This document shows, piece by piece, positions 56,272 through 64,000 of a stretch of DNA of 64,000 nucleotides. Every line of letters begins with the position of its first letter. The stretch's first letter is position 1. Source of the DNA: a virus; IMG/VR virus record IMGVR_UViG_3300014501_000002, positions 32,001 to 96,000 of that record. One strand, written 5' to 3'. Under the pieces are notes generated by a model. The model was not told where the DNA came from. It ran no database searches and saw nothing but the letters and a program-made list of their open reading frames with translations. The position numbers and the translations under genes are program-made.

Positions 56272-57381
56272 TCAGGCTACGCATGGGCTTAATCTCCCTA
56301 CGTTGACGCCTGACGGCTCTATCCGAGCCGAAATATTTACCGACGCTATGAAGTCTGCGTTGGCTTCAAAACCGCAATCCAAGCATTTGAACTCCGCTTG
56401 CGTTGGTCTGTTCTTTGCATCTTTGTATCCGCAGCACGGGCACGTTTGACTTGTGAACCTCGGGTCTACCGCGACGATACGTCTTCCAGCCTCTTCCGCT
56501 TTGAAGACGAGCATTCGCAGCCACGTTCCCCATGATGCATCCAGAATCTGTTTGCTACAGTTGCCCTGAACCATTCCGGCGATGTTTAGATTCTCCACGC
56601 CGATGGTGCCGTACTTCCGAATCAACGCCGTAGTTTGCTTGTGAAGAAAATCATTCCGCTTGTTCGCAATACGCTCGTGCAGTTTCCGAAGCAGCGCAAC
56701 TGCCTTCCGTCTGCGATGCGAACCGCGCTTGCGGCGGGCGACTCTGCGCTGTGAACGTCGCAACTCGGCTTGAGCATTCTCGTAGAAGCGGGGGTTCTTG
56801 ATAGGCGAGCTACCGTCGCTGAATGTGGCGTACTGAACCACGCCAACATCAATGCCAACCCGCGCATCACTGTGCGGCAAATGCACAGGAGAAAACTCTA
56901 CAGCAAGGCATGCGTACCAATTCTGCCCGCTGCGTTTGACTACCAGCGACTTGACAGCCGAGCCTTCGGGCAAGGGACGGGAGAGCCGCAACTTCACAGC
57001 ACCAATCTTGGAGATTTGCAAATACCGTCCCGCGAGTTTGAATCCAGTGTTGTTGAAGGCAAAGGAATCAAATCGGTCTTTGCCTTTGAATCGTGGGAAT
57101 CCTGCTTTTTGCCCGTGCTTGATGCGACGGAAGAATCCTTGAAACGCTCGGTCTAATTTCTTAATCACGTTCTGCAAAATGTGAACGTGGACGCCTTGGT
57201 ACTCAGGGAAAGCCGCTCGTACTTCGGTGACTTCTCGCATTTGTGCAAACTGACCGATACGCCGCATCTTGCGTTGTTCAAGAGCGCAGTTGTACAAAAA
57301 TCGGCAGGAATCCAGCAGGGTCTGCAACGCAGCCTGCTGCTTGCGAGTTGGCACCAACCGATACTTGAATGTCTTTATCAT
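56272..57381 (-). CDS. tnpB: TnpB RNA-guided endonuclease
   Basis: KTFKYRL HTH, GFPRFK, RuvC GIDVG / VENL / NAD, CPCC...CLDC; ATG 57381 coupled to tnpA relic. Confidence 0.93.
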   Translation of the reverse strand: MIKTFKYRLVPTRKQQAALQTLLDSCRFLYNCALEQRKMRRIGQFAQMREVTEVRAAFPEYQGVHVHILQNVIKKLDRAFQGFFRRIKHGQKAGFPRFKGKDRFDSFAFNNTGFKLAGRYLQISKIGAVKLRLSRPLPEGSAVKSLVVKRSGQNWYACLAVEFSPVHLPHSDARVGIDVGVVQYATFSDGSSPIKNPRFYENAQAELRRSQRRVARRKRGSHRRRKAVALLRKLHERIANKRNDFLHKQTTALIRKYGTIGVENLNIAGMVQGNCSKQILDASWGTWLRMLVFKAEEAGRRIVAVDPRFTSQTCPCCGYKDAKNRPTQAEFKCLDCGFEANADFIASVNISARIEPSGVNVGRLSPCVA

Positions 57382-57533
57382 CAGACGTTCTTTTGATTCT
57401 CCACATACTGCTTGATTACCAGTCGCTTCGCTATAGCACCTTCCAGAACCTTGCGGCGATACTTCGGACACCACACAACGTGGTACTTGCTGCTGTAAAC
57501 CACGTTGTTATTCGACTTGTATCCTTGGAGCAT
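57381..57533 (-). pseudogene. tnpA: Internally deleted tnpA (Y1 transposase), 50 aa
   Basis: YKSNNNVVYSSKYHVVWCPKYRRKVL joined to VIKQYVENQK; HUH motif missing. Confidence 0.85.
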
Positions 57534-57689
57534 GACACATTAGACCATAGCCCGCTGTCTAATGCAATAGTTTTCTTTGAGCGGACTACTAATCGCTTAC
57601 CCCATCCCTGAAGGGAGGGGCTTGCGCTCACTCTTGGTCATCATGACATAACACAGAATACGAACTAGCCGTTTCATAGTGGCCTCCAG

Positions 57690-57725
57690 ATAAAGAAAGT
57701 GGCCCTGTCCGACGCCGGGCCACTC
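57690..57725 (-). terminator. Intrinsic terminator after SSB-like gene
   Basis: AGTGGCCC...GGGCCACT hairpin then TTCTTT on the - strand. Confidence 0.65.
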
Positions 57726-57758
57726 TGATCGCCGCGCTTAAACGGACGGCGTATTGTT

Positions 57759-58355
57759 CTAGAACGATTTGTCAAGGACGACATCAGGCGCAGGCGCCAC
57801 GGGTGGCGCAACCTGTGCTTGTCCCTGAATCCCAGCCGCGAGAACAGCCTGGCCTTGCGGGCTGGCCGGAGTGCTCATTTGACCGCGGTTGTCCTTCTTG
57901 TCCTTGAGCCGGACGAAGTCTGCCGGGATCGCAAGGGGTGTCAGTGTAGCCGGGTACGGCAGGATGCCCTTCACGTTCGCGTACATCTTCGTGCCGTCCT
58001 TACTCGGTTCCAGGACGATGAAAAGTTGATTATTGCGACCGATCAACTGTTCAACGTCGTACGGACCGGCGGGTGGCGGTGTGCCGAGAATGCCCCGGAT
58101 AGCTTTGTATAGGTCTGACTTCTCGTTAGTGGTTTGGTTCATTTCCGACATCACGCGGAACGGCTTTCCTTCGGAGTCAGTCGCGTAACCGGTGCCGTCA
58201 AGCTTGCCGAGAACCCACACGAACCGGACCTTCATTTTGTCGCCGAACTGCGTCTTAATCAAGCCGAGGTCGGCCGTGTCGACTAGGACGCCGTTGTAGG
58301 CTCCAGATGCTGGCTTCTCAAATTCCTTCTTGTTGTCATTGACTATTAACGCCAT
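57759..58355 (-). CDS. Putative single-stranded DNA-binding protein
   Basis: GxY...DLG, EKSxL, YANV pattern; low-complexity tail ending in F; replication module. Confidence 0.6.
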   Translation of the reverse strand: MALIVNDNKKEFEKPASGAYNGVLVDTADLGLIKTQFGDKMKVRFVWVLGKLDGTGYATDSEGKPFRVMSEMNQTTNEKSDLYKAIRGILGTPPPAGPYDVEQLIGRNNQLFIVLEPSKDGTKMYANVKGILPYPATLTPLAIPADFVRLKDKKDNRGQMSTPASPQGQAVLAAGIQGQAQVAPPVAPAPDVVLDKSF

Positions 58356-58397
58356 TTGTTTCTCCTTGGGCTATGCCCGTTTCTGAGTTTAAGGCTA

Positions 58398-58595
58398 CTA
58401 CGATTCGCGGCTTATTGCGTGTACCGCAAACATCTTGGACTGCAACAACAACTTCAAAGCAGAATCTCGAAAATCCGTGTCTTCAACGAATCGCACAATG
58501 TCGATCGCGAGAGAAGCATATTTATCTGCAAGTTCACTGACACGATTTAATTGCTCTTGTCTTAAAGTTCGCGATTGAAAATCTGAATAATCCAT
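58398..58595 (-). CDS. Acb2/Tad1-like helical hairpin, candidate cyclic-nucleotide sponge
   Basis: RxLxQEQ...EL...SALxxLxQxxMxAVxAI pattern; 65 aa; GGAGG RBS. Confidence 0.5.
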   Translation of the reverse strand: MDYSDFQSRTLRQEQLNRVSELADKYASLAIDIVRFVEDTDFRDSALKLLLQSKMFAVHAISRES

Positions 58596-58603
58596 AATTC
58601 CTC

Positions 58604-59332
58604 CTATGAGTACCAAAGCTTCTCAACTGGAACATCTTCGACAAACGACACATCGAACTCGTTATGGCTGGTCTCGAGTTTGACGTCGGACTTCTTCACG
58701 ACCTTGTACCAGAACTTCGTGCCCTTCTTATCATCGTACCAACCGTACTTTCGAGTCTTCGCGAGCCCGTTGTTCTCGAAGCCCACGTGAGCCTTGAGTA
58801 TGACCGTCGGCTCCTTTGCGCGCGCGACAACGACGTCGATGTCGTACATTGTGACTATTTTCAACGTGGTCTGAACGTCAGCTAGCGCTGAGTGAGGGAA
58901 AAGGTTCAAGAAGCCGTGGTCGGCTGCCATGTACGTCAGCGTCTTGGACTCCACACCGGGTAAATCCGTACGGGAGTCGATCCACAGCTTCTCGGGAATA
59001 ATTATGCCGTGACGTGATGCCCACGATCCTAGCATGCGCTTATCGAACCGAATCACATTTTGTCCTACAACAGCGTCCGCCTGGCCCATCATATCGATTA
59101 CTGTCTCCAATGCGTCCTTCGAATCATACCCGTACTTATCCACTGCGGACTGTGTTATCCCTGTGAGGGTCGTGATGTATGGGCACACAGGAACGTCCGA
59201 CTTGACCAAGAAGCCTGACGACTCAAGACATTTCTTTTGACCGGTGGTGTAAAGGATCGCACCGATTTCGATCGGCCGGTCATTCTGGATATCCAAGCCG
59301 GTTGTTTCCATGTCGAATCCAAGCAAAATCAT
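58604..59332 (-). CDS. DEDDh 3'-5' exonuclease (DnaQ-like)
   Basis: DMETTG, LTGI, NVIRFD, HSALAD. Confidence 0.88.
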   Translation of the reverse strand: MILLGFDMETTGLDIQNDRPIEIGAILYTTGQKKCLESSGFLVKSDVPVCPYITTLTGITQSAVDKYGYDSKDALETVIDMMGQADAVVGQNVIRFDKRMLGSWASRHGIIIPEKLWIDSRTDLPGVESKTLTYMAADHGFLNLFPHSALADVQTTLKIVTMYDIDVVVARAKEPTVILKAHVGFENNGLAKTRKYGWYDDKKGTKFWYKVVKKSDVKLETSHNEFDVSFVEDVPVEKLWYS

Positions 59333-59340
59333 AATGGCTC

Positions 59341-59667
59341 CTAGCTTACGTTTGTCTTCTCAACCACGGCTTTATTAACGTCTCCGGTCAGTGCTATAGT
59401 CTCGGTAGTTATGTGTGAGATCATAGACATTGGAACAAAGTACTGCGTATCAGGGACAAATTTTGAGTCGTCGATTCGCTCCTTATCTTTGTAGATAAAC
59501 ATGCCGTGAATACCGCGGCAATAAAACCCCATCTTCTGATCAGTTTGTAACTTGAGGCCATCCAAGTTATCGACGTGTATAACGTACTCGTCGATTACTT
59601 CCGCCGGGAAATCGGGCGGCCTCATGAGCGGCACGATATGCCCGGTGAACCGTACGATATAGTCCAT
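59341..59667 (-). CDS. Hypothetical protein
   Basis: TAATG coupling. Confidence 0.6.
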   Translation of the reverse strand: MDYIVRFTGHIVPLMRPPDFPAEVIDEYVIHVDNLDGLKLQTDQKMGFYCRGIHGMFIYKDKERIDDSKFVPDTQYFVPMSMISHITTETIALTGDVNKAVVEKTNVS

Positions 59668-60185
59668 TAGAGTCTCTTCCTAAGATATATGACGACTTTT
59701 TCAATCTCTTCTAAGGACGCATTAGTTTTGATTCTATTTGCTTTATCAGACATCACTTCAATATTTCCAATCACGTAGCCTTTACTGGGTACTATTCGGT
59801 CGAGTGATGGAGAATTATCGGTCTTATCTCCAGTTCCTATTTGAAGAGGAATTCCTAACACCGGACAAAATGTAGGAATGACAATATCCTCTTTCGTAAT
59901 ATTGAATGGTACGTTATGCTTTAACGATCGAGTCCTAGCTCTAGAGAGCATAAAACATCTTGGATCTCGTAAATACTGCTGACGTTGAATTTTACTGTAG
60001 CGAACCGGATCAGCGGCCCGGTATCGAACAGACTTTTCGTTATAGCAAGCCCTACACCTAAGATCTCCTGACGGGCATGACGGCATGCTTGGTCGCCGCA
60101 CTTTTAAAATTCCGTGCTTCGGACAAAGATCGGGCTCCTTCAATTCCTTCTTCTTTCTGGGCTTCAAATCCATCCCGCGCGCCAT
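59667..60185 (-). CDS. HNH-type homing endonuclease
   Basis: CPVLG, SPSLDRIVPSKGYVIGN...ANRIK; related to 44713..45246. Confidence 0.8.
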   Translation of the reverse strand: MARGMDLKPRKKKELKEPDLCPKHGILKVRRPSMPSCPSGDLRCRACYNEKSVRYRAADPVRYSKIQRQQYLRDPRCFMLSRARTRSLKHNVPFNITKEDIVIPTFCPVLGIPLQIGTGDKTDNSPSLDRIVPSKGYVIGNIEVMSDKANRIKTNASLEEIEKVVIYLRKRL

Positions 60186-61058
60186 TTAAAGCCTCTTCCC
60201 ACGAGCATGCACCGTAATATCTATACGCCCGTCCTCTTGCAACTTACAAACGGATAGACCGCGGACGCCTGGGGTCATCCTCATTTTAGCCGCATATCCT
60301 CCGTGGTATTTTAAATAAGAGGGCGAAATCAAGACTACACAAGACCGCTCAAAAGACCGCCCCGTCTTCTGGTCTACGTCCATTGTGTACACTACGTCGG
60401 CAAGAGCCGCGTGTAAATGCCCCGTCCACAAAATATCGATACGAGGAGCCCAAGATAGCTCTTTACGGGCCGCGTTCCGTTGCGCACCAGGAGTCTGCGC
60501 ACCACCCGCGCCGTGGTGAGTTAATAGACGGAAATTATTACCTCTCCATCTCAAATTTGCGAGAACGTAATCTCCAAAGTGAGGAACCTTAAGAATATCC
60601 GCGATCCGCCGACTAGTCGACGTTTGCGTATGCTTATAGGTCCGGTCTTCATGGTTGCCCGCGAGTTTGAACCAAAGCTTGTGCTGCACGATCGCGAGCT
60701 TTTTCGACGCCGCGTAAACCTGTTCCTCATTCGACATGGGCGTATGGCCCATCTTGAAATCGGTGATGTTCTCGGTTACATCGCCACCATCCCACGAGAA
60801 AACGTTCGGTGTATCCGCGATCCAATTCAGGTGCCGATCGAGAAGTTCCCCATCGTGTTGCGGGCTACCTATGTGTACGTCGAACAGAGGCGCCAATTCG
60901 GGAGACTCAATATCGTCCGGAATAGTGATGTCCAATTCTGGAAAATCGCTAACAGGCTTGAAACGACGGAACGCCTTTGGGCGAAATGTTTTTTGCAACG
61001 CATCAATTTCTGACTGCCACTCAGACTCAAACGGTTCGTACCGTGTGTTCAAAGTCAT
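60186..61058 (-). CDS. Calcineurin-like metallophosphoesterase
   Basis: DVHIG, GGD, GNHE, HHG, GHLH. Confidence 0.85.
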   Translation of the reverse strand: MTLNTRYEPFESEWQSEIDALQKTFRPKAFRRFKPVSDFPELDITIPDDIESPELAPLFDVHIGSPQHDGELLDRHLNWIADTPNVFSWDGGDVTENITDFKMGHTPMSNEEQVYAASKKLAIVQHKLWFKLAGNHEDRTYKHTQTSTSRRIADILKVPHFGDYVLANLRWRGNNFRLLTHHGAGGAQTPGAQRNAARKELSWAPRIDILWTGHLHAALADVVYTMDVDQKTGRSFERSCVVLISPSYLKYHGGYAAKMRMTPGVRGLSVCKLQEDGRIDITVHARGKRL

Positions 61059-61066
61059 GCTGCCTC

Positions 61067-61631
61067 CTAGGCGAGTTTCTTTTTCAATATCCTTTTAAAT
61101 GCTGGGTCGCGGATTGTCGACATCGCGATAACGTACGAAGACACATTCTCAAGATGATACAACTCTGCTTCATCGATATCGTAACCCAGTTCATTAATCA
61201 TCGCACGTAGGGCGGGGCTCTTGATAAGTATAGTTGCCCGGAAAAGAGCCCGCGCCTGCTTTAATGTCATCGACATACTAGCCCTTGACCACCTGAAGCT
61301 TTGTGGGCTTACCACTCTTGATGGCCTTCGTAGCTTCCTCCGCTTGTTTCGCGGCGTTCGCGGCAATCTTCACGGCCTGGGAATCGCCTGATTCGACTTC
61401 GACGATCTTCTTTGGCACGATGAGATTGTGTTTTCCACCGGAAATACCCGCGACTTCACATTCATCCGAACAATACACGAAGTTACGACCATCGCCAGTT
61501 TGAACGACGCGGCTTGCTCCGAGCCACACGTTGTCCTTAAGGGCTTGCTGATGTTCCTTCATGTTGAACGTCGCGGTCTTGTCGCAAGTGTTGCACGTGA
61601 TTGTACGTACAGATATGTCAATAATGCTCAA
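61067..61631 (-). CDS. Two hypothetical genes (about 61067..61276 and 61278..61631)
   Basis: Co-oriented ORFs; second has CxxC...CSxxC. Confidence 0.6.
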
Positions 61632-61643
61632 GGTAGTTCTCCT

Positions 61644-62207
61644 TTAAAGTTGATTCGTTAGTTCGTAAAATCTACTTAAAAACATCGCCTTCGCTACATC
61701 CGGCAACCAGCACCGAATCTTGACGTCCGCTGCCGTTTGATCGGCTCCCCATTTTTGATCCCACTCCATCGGCGGCATTAATTGATTTTTCTCCGCGTAC
61801 AACATTGCAGTATCTGCGATCGTAACGCTTTCCGGTTGCGTTGAATCTATGCGGAACTTCCGACAGATCGCGGCCATTATCTTTTCTTCGACTTGCATAT
61901 ACGCGGGACCGACGTCTGTAAAATGCTTGAGCGGTCGGTTCAGATCGGCTATGTAGCTCTCGCTCGCATCGTGCAAGAGCGCCCACAATGCATCTATTTC
62001 TGGTACTAAGTAGCTTGCATGCCATGAGTGTTCCGCGACGGAATAAAATCTGCGAACGTGTCCGGTGAACCGGCACATAAGACTTAGGGAATGCGCGATG
62101 TCCGTAACCAGGATTTCATGTTGTCTCGGGTCCAAGATATGAAACATGCCGCCCGACACCGTTTGAATCCATGCCTTCGAGACGTCAACTCCTGCAACCG
62201 GCGTCAT
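61644..62207 (-). CDS. HD-domain 5'-deoxynucleotidase (YfbR/YfdR-like)
   Basis: DIAHSLS..CRFTGH, YSVAEH, LLHDASE.Y..D..RPLK. Confidence 0.85.
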   Translation of the reverse strand: MTPVAGVDVSKAWIQTVSGGMFHILDPRQHEILVTDIAHSLSLMCRFTGHVRRFYSVAEHSWHASYLVPEIDALWALLHDASESYIADLNRPLKHFTDVGPAYMQVEEKIMAAICRKFRIDSTQPESVTIADTAMLYAEKNQLMPPMEWDQKWGADQTAADVKIRCWLPDVAKAMFLSRFYELTNQL

Positions 62208-62761
62208 CGGCGTGCCCTTTCGAATTCCGTGATGAGTACAGCTTGTTGCTCAACCAAGGAGACCTCACCGGTGTATGCTTTGATGAAGTAACTCCACGCA
62301 TAGTCGTCAAGTTCGGTCTCTGACGGGTGATAGCGGTCGCGATCCGTAGAAACGTATGGAGTGCCGTCTTCGTTCAGACGAGAGACATTCACAGACACGC
62401 CGCGCCGTTGCCTGACATACCGAACTTCGTTCAGGAAACGAACATCAGTGATTACAGCTATATCTGGCTTTTCGATTTCCAGTTGCGCGTCGATTTGCTT
62501 CACCCAATAATCCGCGTCTTCACCACGTCGTTTCATGCCGACGTTTTGTAACAGGGCCGGATCTTTTTCGGTCATACCATGTTGCTCGCGGCATTCGCGA
62601 TACAGCGCGTCAGCGAACTTATACAACTTGACATTGAGTGGTTTGTGCCTACCGTAGAGCCCGGCGAGGCGAGCGTTCTGCTTCTGATAGTATTCGACGA
62701 CCGCTTCACCGGCGGTATCCTTCCCGTGGCGAGCTTTGTTTCCAAAACCCAAAATTAACAT
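62204..62761 (-). CDS. Deoxynucleoside monophosphate kinase
   Basis: GxxxxGKDT, FADAL, LQxxG...R, TDVRFxNE, HPSE. Confidence 0.85.
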   Translation of the reverse strand: MLILGFGNKARHGKDTAGEAVVEYYQKQNARLAGLYGRHKPLNVKLYKFADALYRECREQHGMTEKDPALLQNVGMKRRGEDADYWVKQIDAQLEIEKPDIAVITDVRFLNEVRYVRQRRGVSVNVSRLNEDGTPYVSTDRDRYHPSETELDDYAWSYFIKAYTGEVSLVEQQAVLITEFERARR

Positions 62762-62779
62762 TGGCGCTCCTTAAAATTT

Positions 62780-62827
62780 AATCCGGGATGTAATGTGCCC
62801 ATTTCTGGGATCTACTGTGCCCGGATT
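62780..62827 (-). repeat. Copy 2 of 40-nt structured element
   Basis: On - strand AATCCGGG CACAGTAGAT CCCA GAAA TGGG CACATTACAT CCCGGATT, just 5' of the kinase RBS. Confidence 0.85.
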
Positions 62828-62861
62828 CTTTTAAAATCGTCTATTCAGCGGTCGTACCATT

Positions 62862-63125
62862 TTATTCTCCTAAGATATGCCCAGTTGGGCTGATCAGTTT
62901 GTAACCGATGCTTCGATTAAACAACTCAATCCCACGCATGCTATTGCCGTAAAATTTAGATCGACTCACGATTATTGCTTTGTACGCTTGCTTCAAATCA
63001 CGTTTAATTCTGTGTGGCCTCAGTTTGCCGTTCAGTTTTACCTTCTCACACCGGCTACATCCCTGCGTCCGATTTCCACTTCGCCACTTCGACGGCTTGA
63101 TCGGCCGCGCATGATATTTACACAT
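62862..63125 (-). CDS. Small basic Cys/His protein
   Basis: MCKYHARPIKPSKW...GCSRC; ATG at 63125 avoids overlap with the upstream gene. Confidence 0.5.
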   Translation of the reverse strand: MCKYHARPIKPSKWRSGNRTQGCSRCEKVKLNGKLRPHRIKRDLKQAYKAIIVSRSKFYGNSMRGIELFNRSIGYKLISPTGHILGE

Positions 63126-63147
63126 CCGCGCGTACGGTTCTGGTATC

Positions 63148-63918
63148 CTAGAACAAATGGCCGACGTAAGCGCCTGCGGCGAATCCGGCAACGAATCCGT
63201 ATTCGAGACCGCGGATGAACGCATGTTTAGTCTTGGCTTTCTCGACGTTGACGTCTTTGACGTGACTCTTTTTCTCATCTTTGAGCTCCGTGTTCAAGTT
63301 TCCAATCAGCGTAGTCTGCGTCGTGATGATTGACGCATCGTTGCTTAACTCGATTTGTAGCGCGGCCTTGTCGGCGGTCAGTTCCGGAATCACTTCTAGC
63401 TGCACCACGGTCGCTACGGCCGCGGCCTCGGTCACGGCAAATTGCTGGCCGGTCACCGGGTCGATCACACCATTCGGCGTCACAGCGCCGTTCGAGAGCC
63501 CGAGAATCGTCTCCCAACGCGATGCAAGCGCAGACGGCGGGAGGGTCCGGTCTATTTTCTGTTGCGCGATGGTGGTTACCGTGCGCTGCGCGATCTGCTT
63601 ATTGATCATCGCGGTTTGTGTTGCGACCGTCTCCTGTAATGCCGCGAGTTGTGCGGCGGTCGCTTTAGTTGTAGCGTCATCCGTTTTTACGACCGCGGCG
63701 GCTGCCTGCGCGGTACGTGAATCGTGCCTGTCCCATGCGGAGATGCCCTTAGAGTAGGTAAAGAACCCGGTGATCGCCAGGATACCCACAATGATGATCT
63801 TCTCATGGGCCTTGATTATGGTTTCCCAGTTCGTCACCCAGGTTGGCAGTGCAATTTTTACCTGGGTACTGAGAGCGCCTATCGTGGCCGGGGGTGCTGT
63901 GCTTGTCGTCGTCATCAT
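63148..63918 (-). CDS. Membrane-anchored coiled-coil protein, possible spanin-like lysis accessory
   Basis: N-terminal TM IIIVGILAITGFF, Ala/Thr coiled-coil, C-terminal hydrophobic GFVAGFAAGAYVG. Confidence 0.45.
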   Translation of the reverse strand: MMTTTSTAPPATIGALSTQVKIALPTWVTNWETIIKAHEKIIIVGILAITGFFTYSKGISAWDRHDSRTAQAAAAVVKTDDATTKATAAQLAALQETVATQTAMINKQIAQRTVTTIAQQKIDRTLPPSALASRWETILGLSNGAVTPNGVIDPVTGQQFAVTEAAAVATVVQLEVIPELTADKAALQIELSNDASIITTQTTLIGNLNTELKDEKKSHVKDVNVEKAKTKHAFIRGLEYGFVAGFAAGAYVGHLF

Positions 63919-63919
63919 T

Positions 63920-63954
63920 CTCTCCTAATATGGGTTCCGATCTAGGCACGCTTT
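63920..63954 (-). promoter_or_regulatory. Copy 2 of 35-bp direct repeat, includes RBS of 63148..63918
   Basis: AAAGCGTGCCTAGATCGGAACCCATATTAGGAGAG on the - strand. Confidence 0.6.
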
Positions 63955-64000
63955 AATGCGGCTTTTGCGGCCCGTTTAAGTGCTTTGCGATGTTCTTTTG

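Larger units (their letters stand above)
56238..57639 (-). mobile_element. Non-autonomous IS200/IS605-family element
   Basis: Left-end hairpin CCCCTCCCTTCAGGGATGGGG, right-end hairpin CCCCCGCCTTCAGGCGTGGGG ending ...TCAA, inserted 3' of ATGAT, no target duplication. Confidence 0.9.
56153..57677 (-). pseudogene. 40 aa membrane protein gene interrupted by the IS605-type element
   Basis: Joining 57677-57640 to 56237-56153 restores MKRLVRILCYVMILPLWVPALGLFAGFYMILAWAFNWDAL. Confidence 0.8.
1..64000. mobile_element. Temperate tailed phage genome segment with podovirus-like tail module
   Basis: Tightly packed genes in two convergent arms: virion genes on +, integrase, accessory and replication genes on -; no tape measure or sheath gene recognised; no host genes at either edge. 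Confidence 0.92.

Noticed and set aside
56238-57639. IStron (group I intron-IS hybrid)
   Set aside because: Only about 105 nt between the left end and the tnpA relic, too short for a group I core
61644-62761. Modified-base (e.g. 2-aminoadenine) pathway
   Set aside because: HD hydrolase, kinase, MazG-like gene and PolA are present but no PurZ or other base-modification synthase was recognised in the window
1-64000. Alternative genetic code or tRNA genes
   Set aside because: Long genes are intact in the standard code with all three stops used; no cloverleaf with a T-loop consensus was recognised by eye (tRNAscan not run)

Overview
A 64 kb slice of a tailed dsDNA bacteriophage (or prophage) genome with a podovirus-like tail and a tyrosine integrase; no host housekeeping genes, rRNA, recognisable tRNA or CRISPR array were seen. 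Plus strand 1-23.1 kb is a virion module: five appendage genes built from two shared N-terminal modules, two paralogous adaptor-like genes, a 1354 aa nozzle-like tail protein with Trp-rich repeats and an inserted DUF3494 ice-binding-type domain, a fibre, a GNAT-like gene and five ejection-protein-like genes. Minus strand 23.1-64 kb holds the integrase, about 20 kb of small accessory genes (RNA ligase 1, cyclic-phosphate receiver domain, nucleotidyltransferase-like gene, deleted Thg1-like relic, two SprT-like zincins, MazG-like, SLOG, pentapeptide, SNF2, GH108 endolysin, sigma-70 region 4 protein) and a replication/nucleotide module (PD-(D/E)XK nuclease, intein-containing UvrD, annealing protein, PolA, primase-polymerase, SSB-like, Acb2-like, DnaQ-like, HD hydrolase, dNMP kinase). 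Eight free-standing homing-endonuclease-like genes and one IS605-type TnpB element are present. Most notable: the ice-binding-type domain in a core tail protein, the modular appendage set, a 40-nt element present twice 39.7 kb apart with covarying outer stems (one copy next to the integrase), and a 35-bp repeat upstream of both lysis-related regions. All family calls are from motif recognition by eye; no searches were run.
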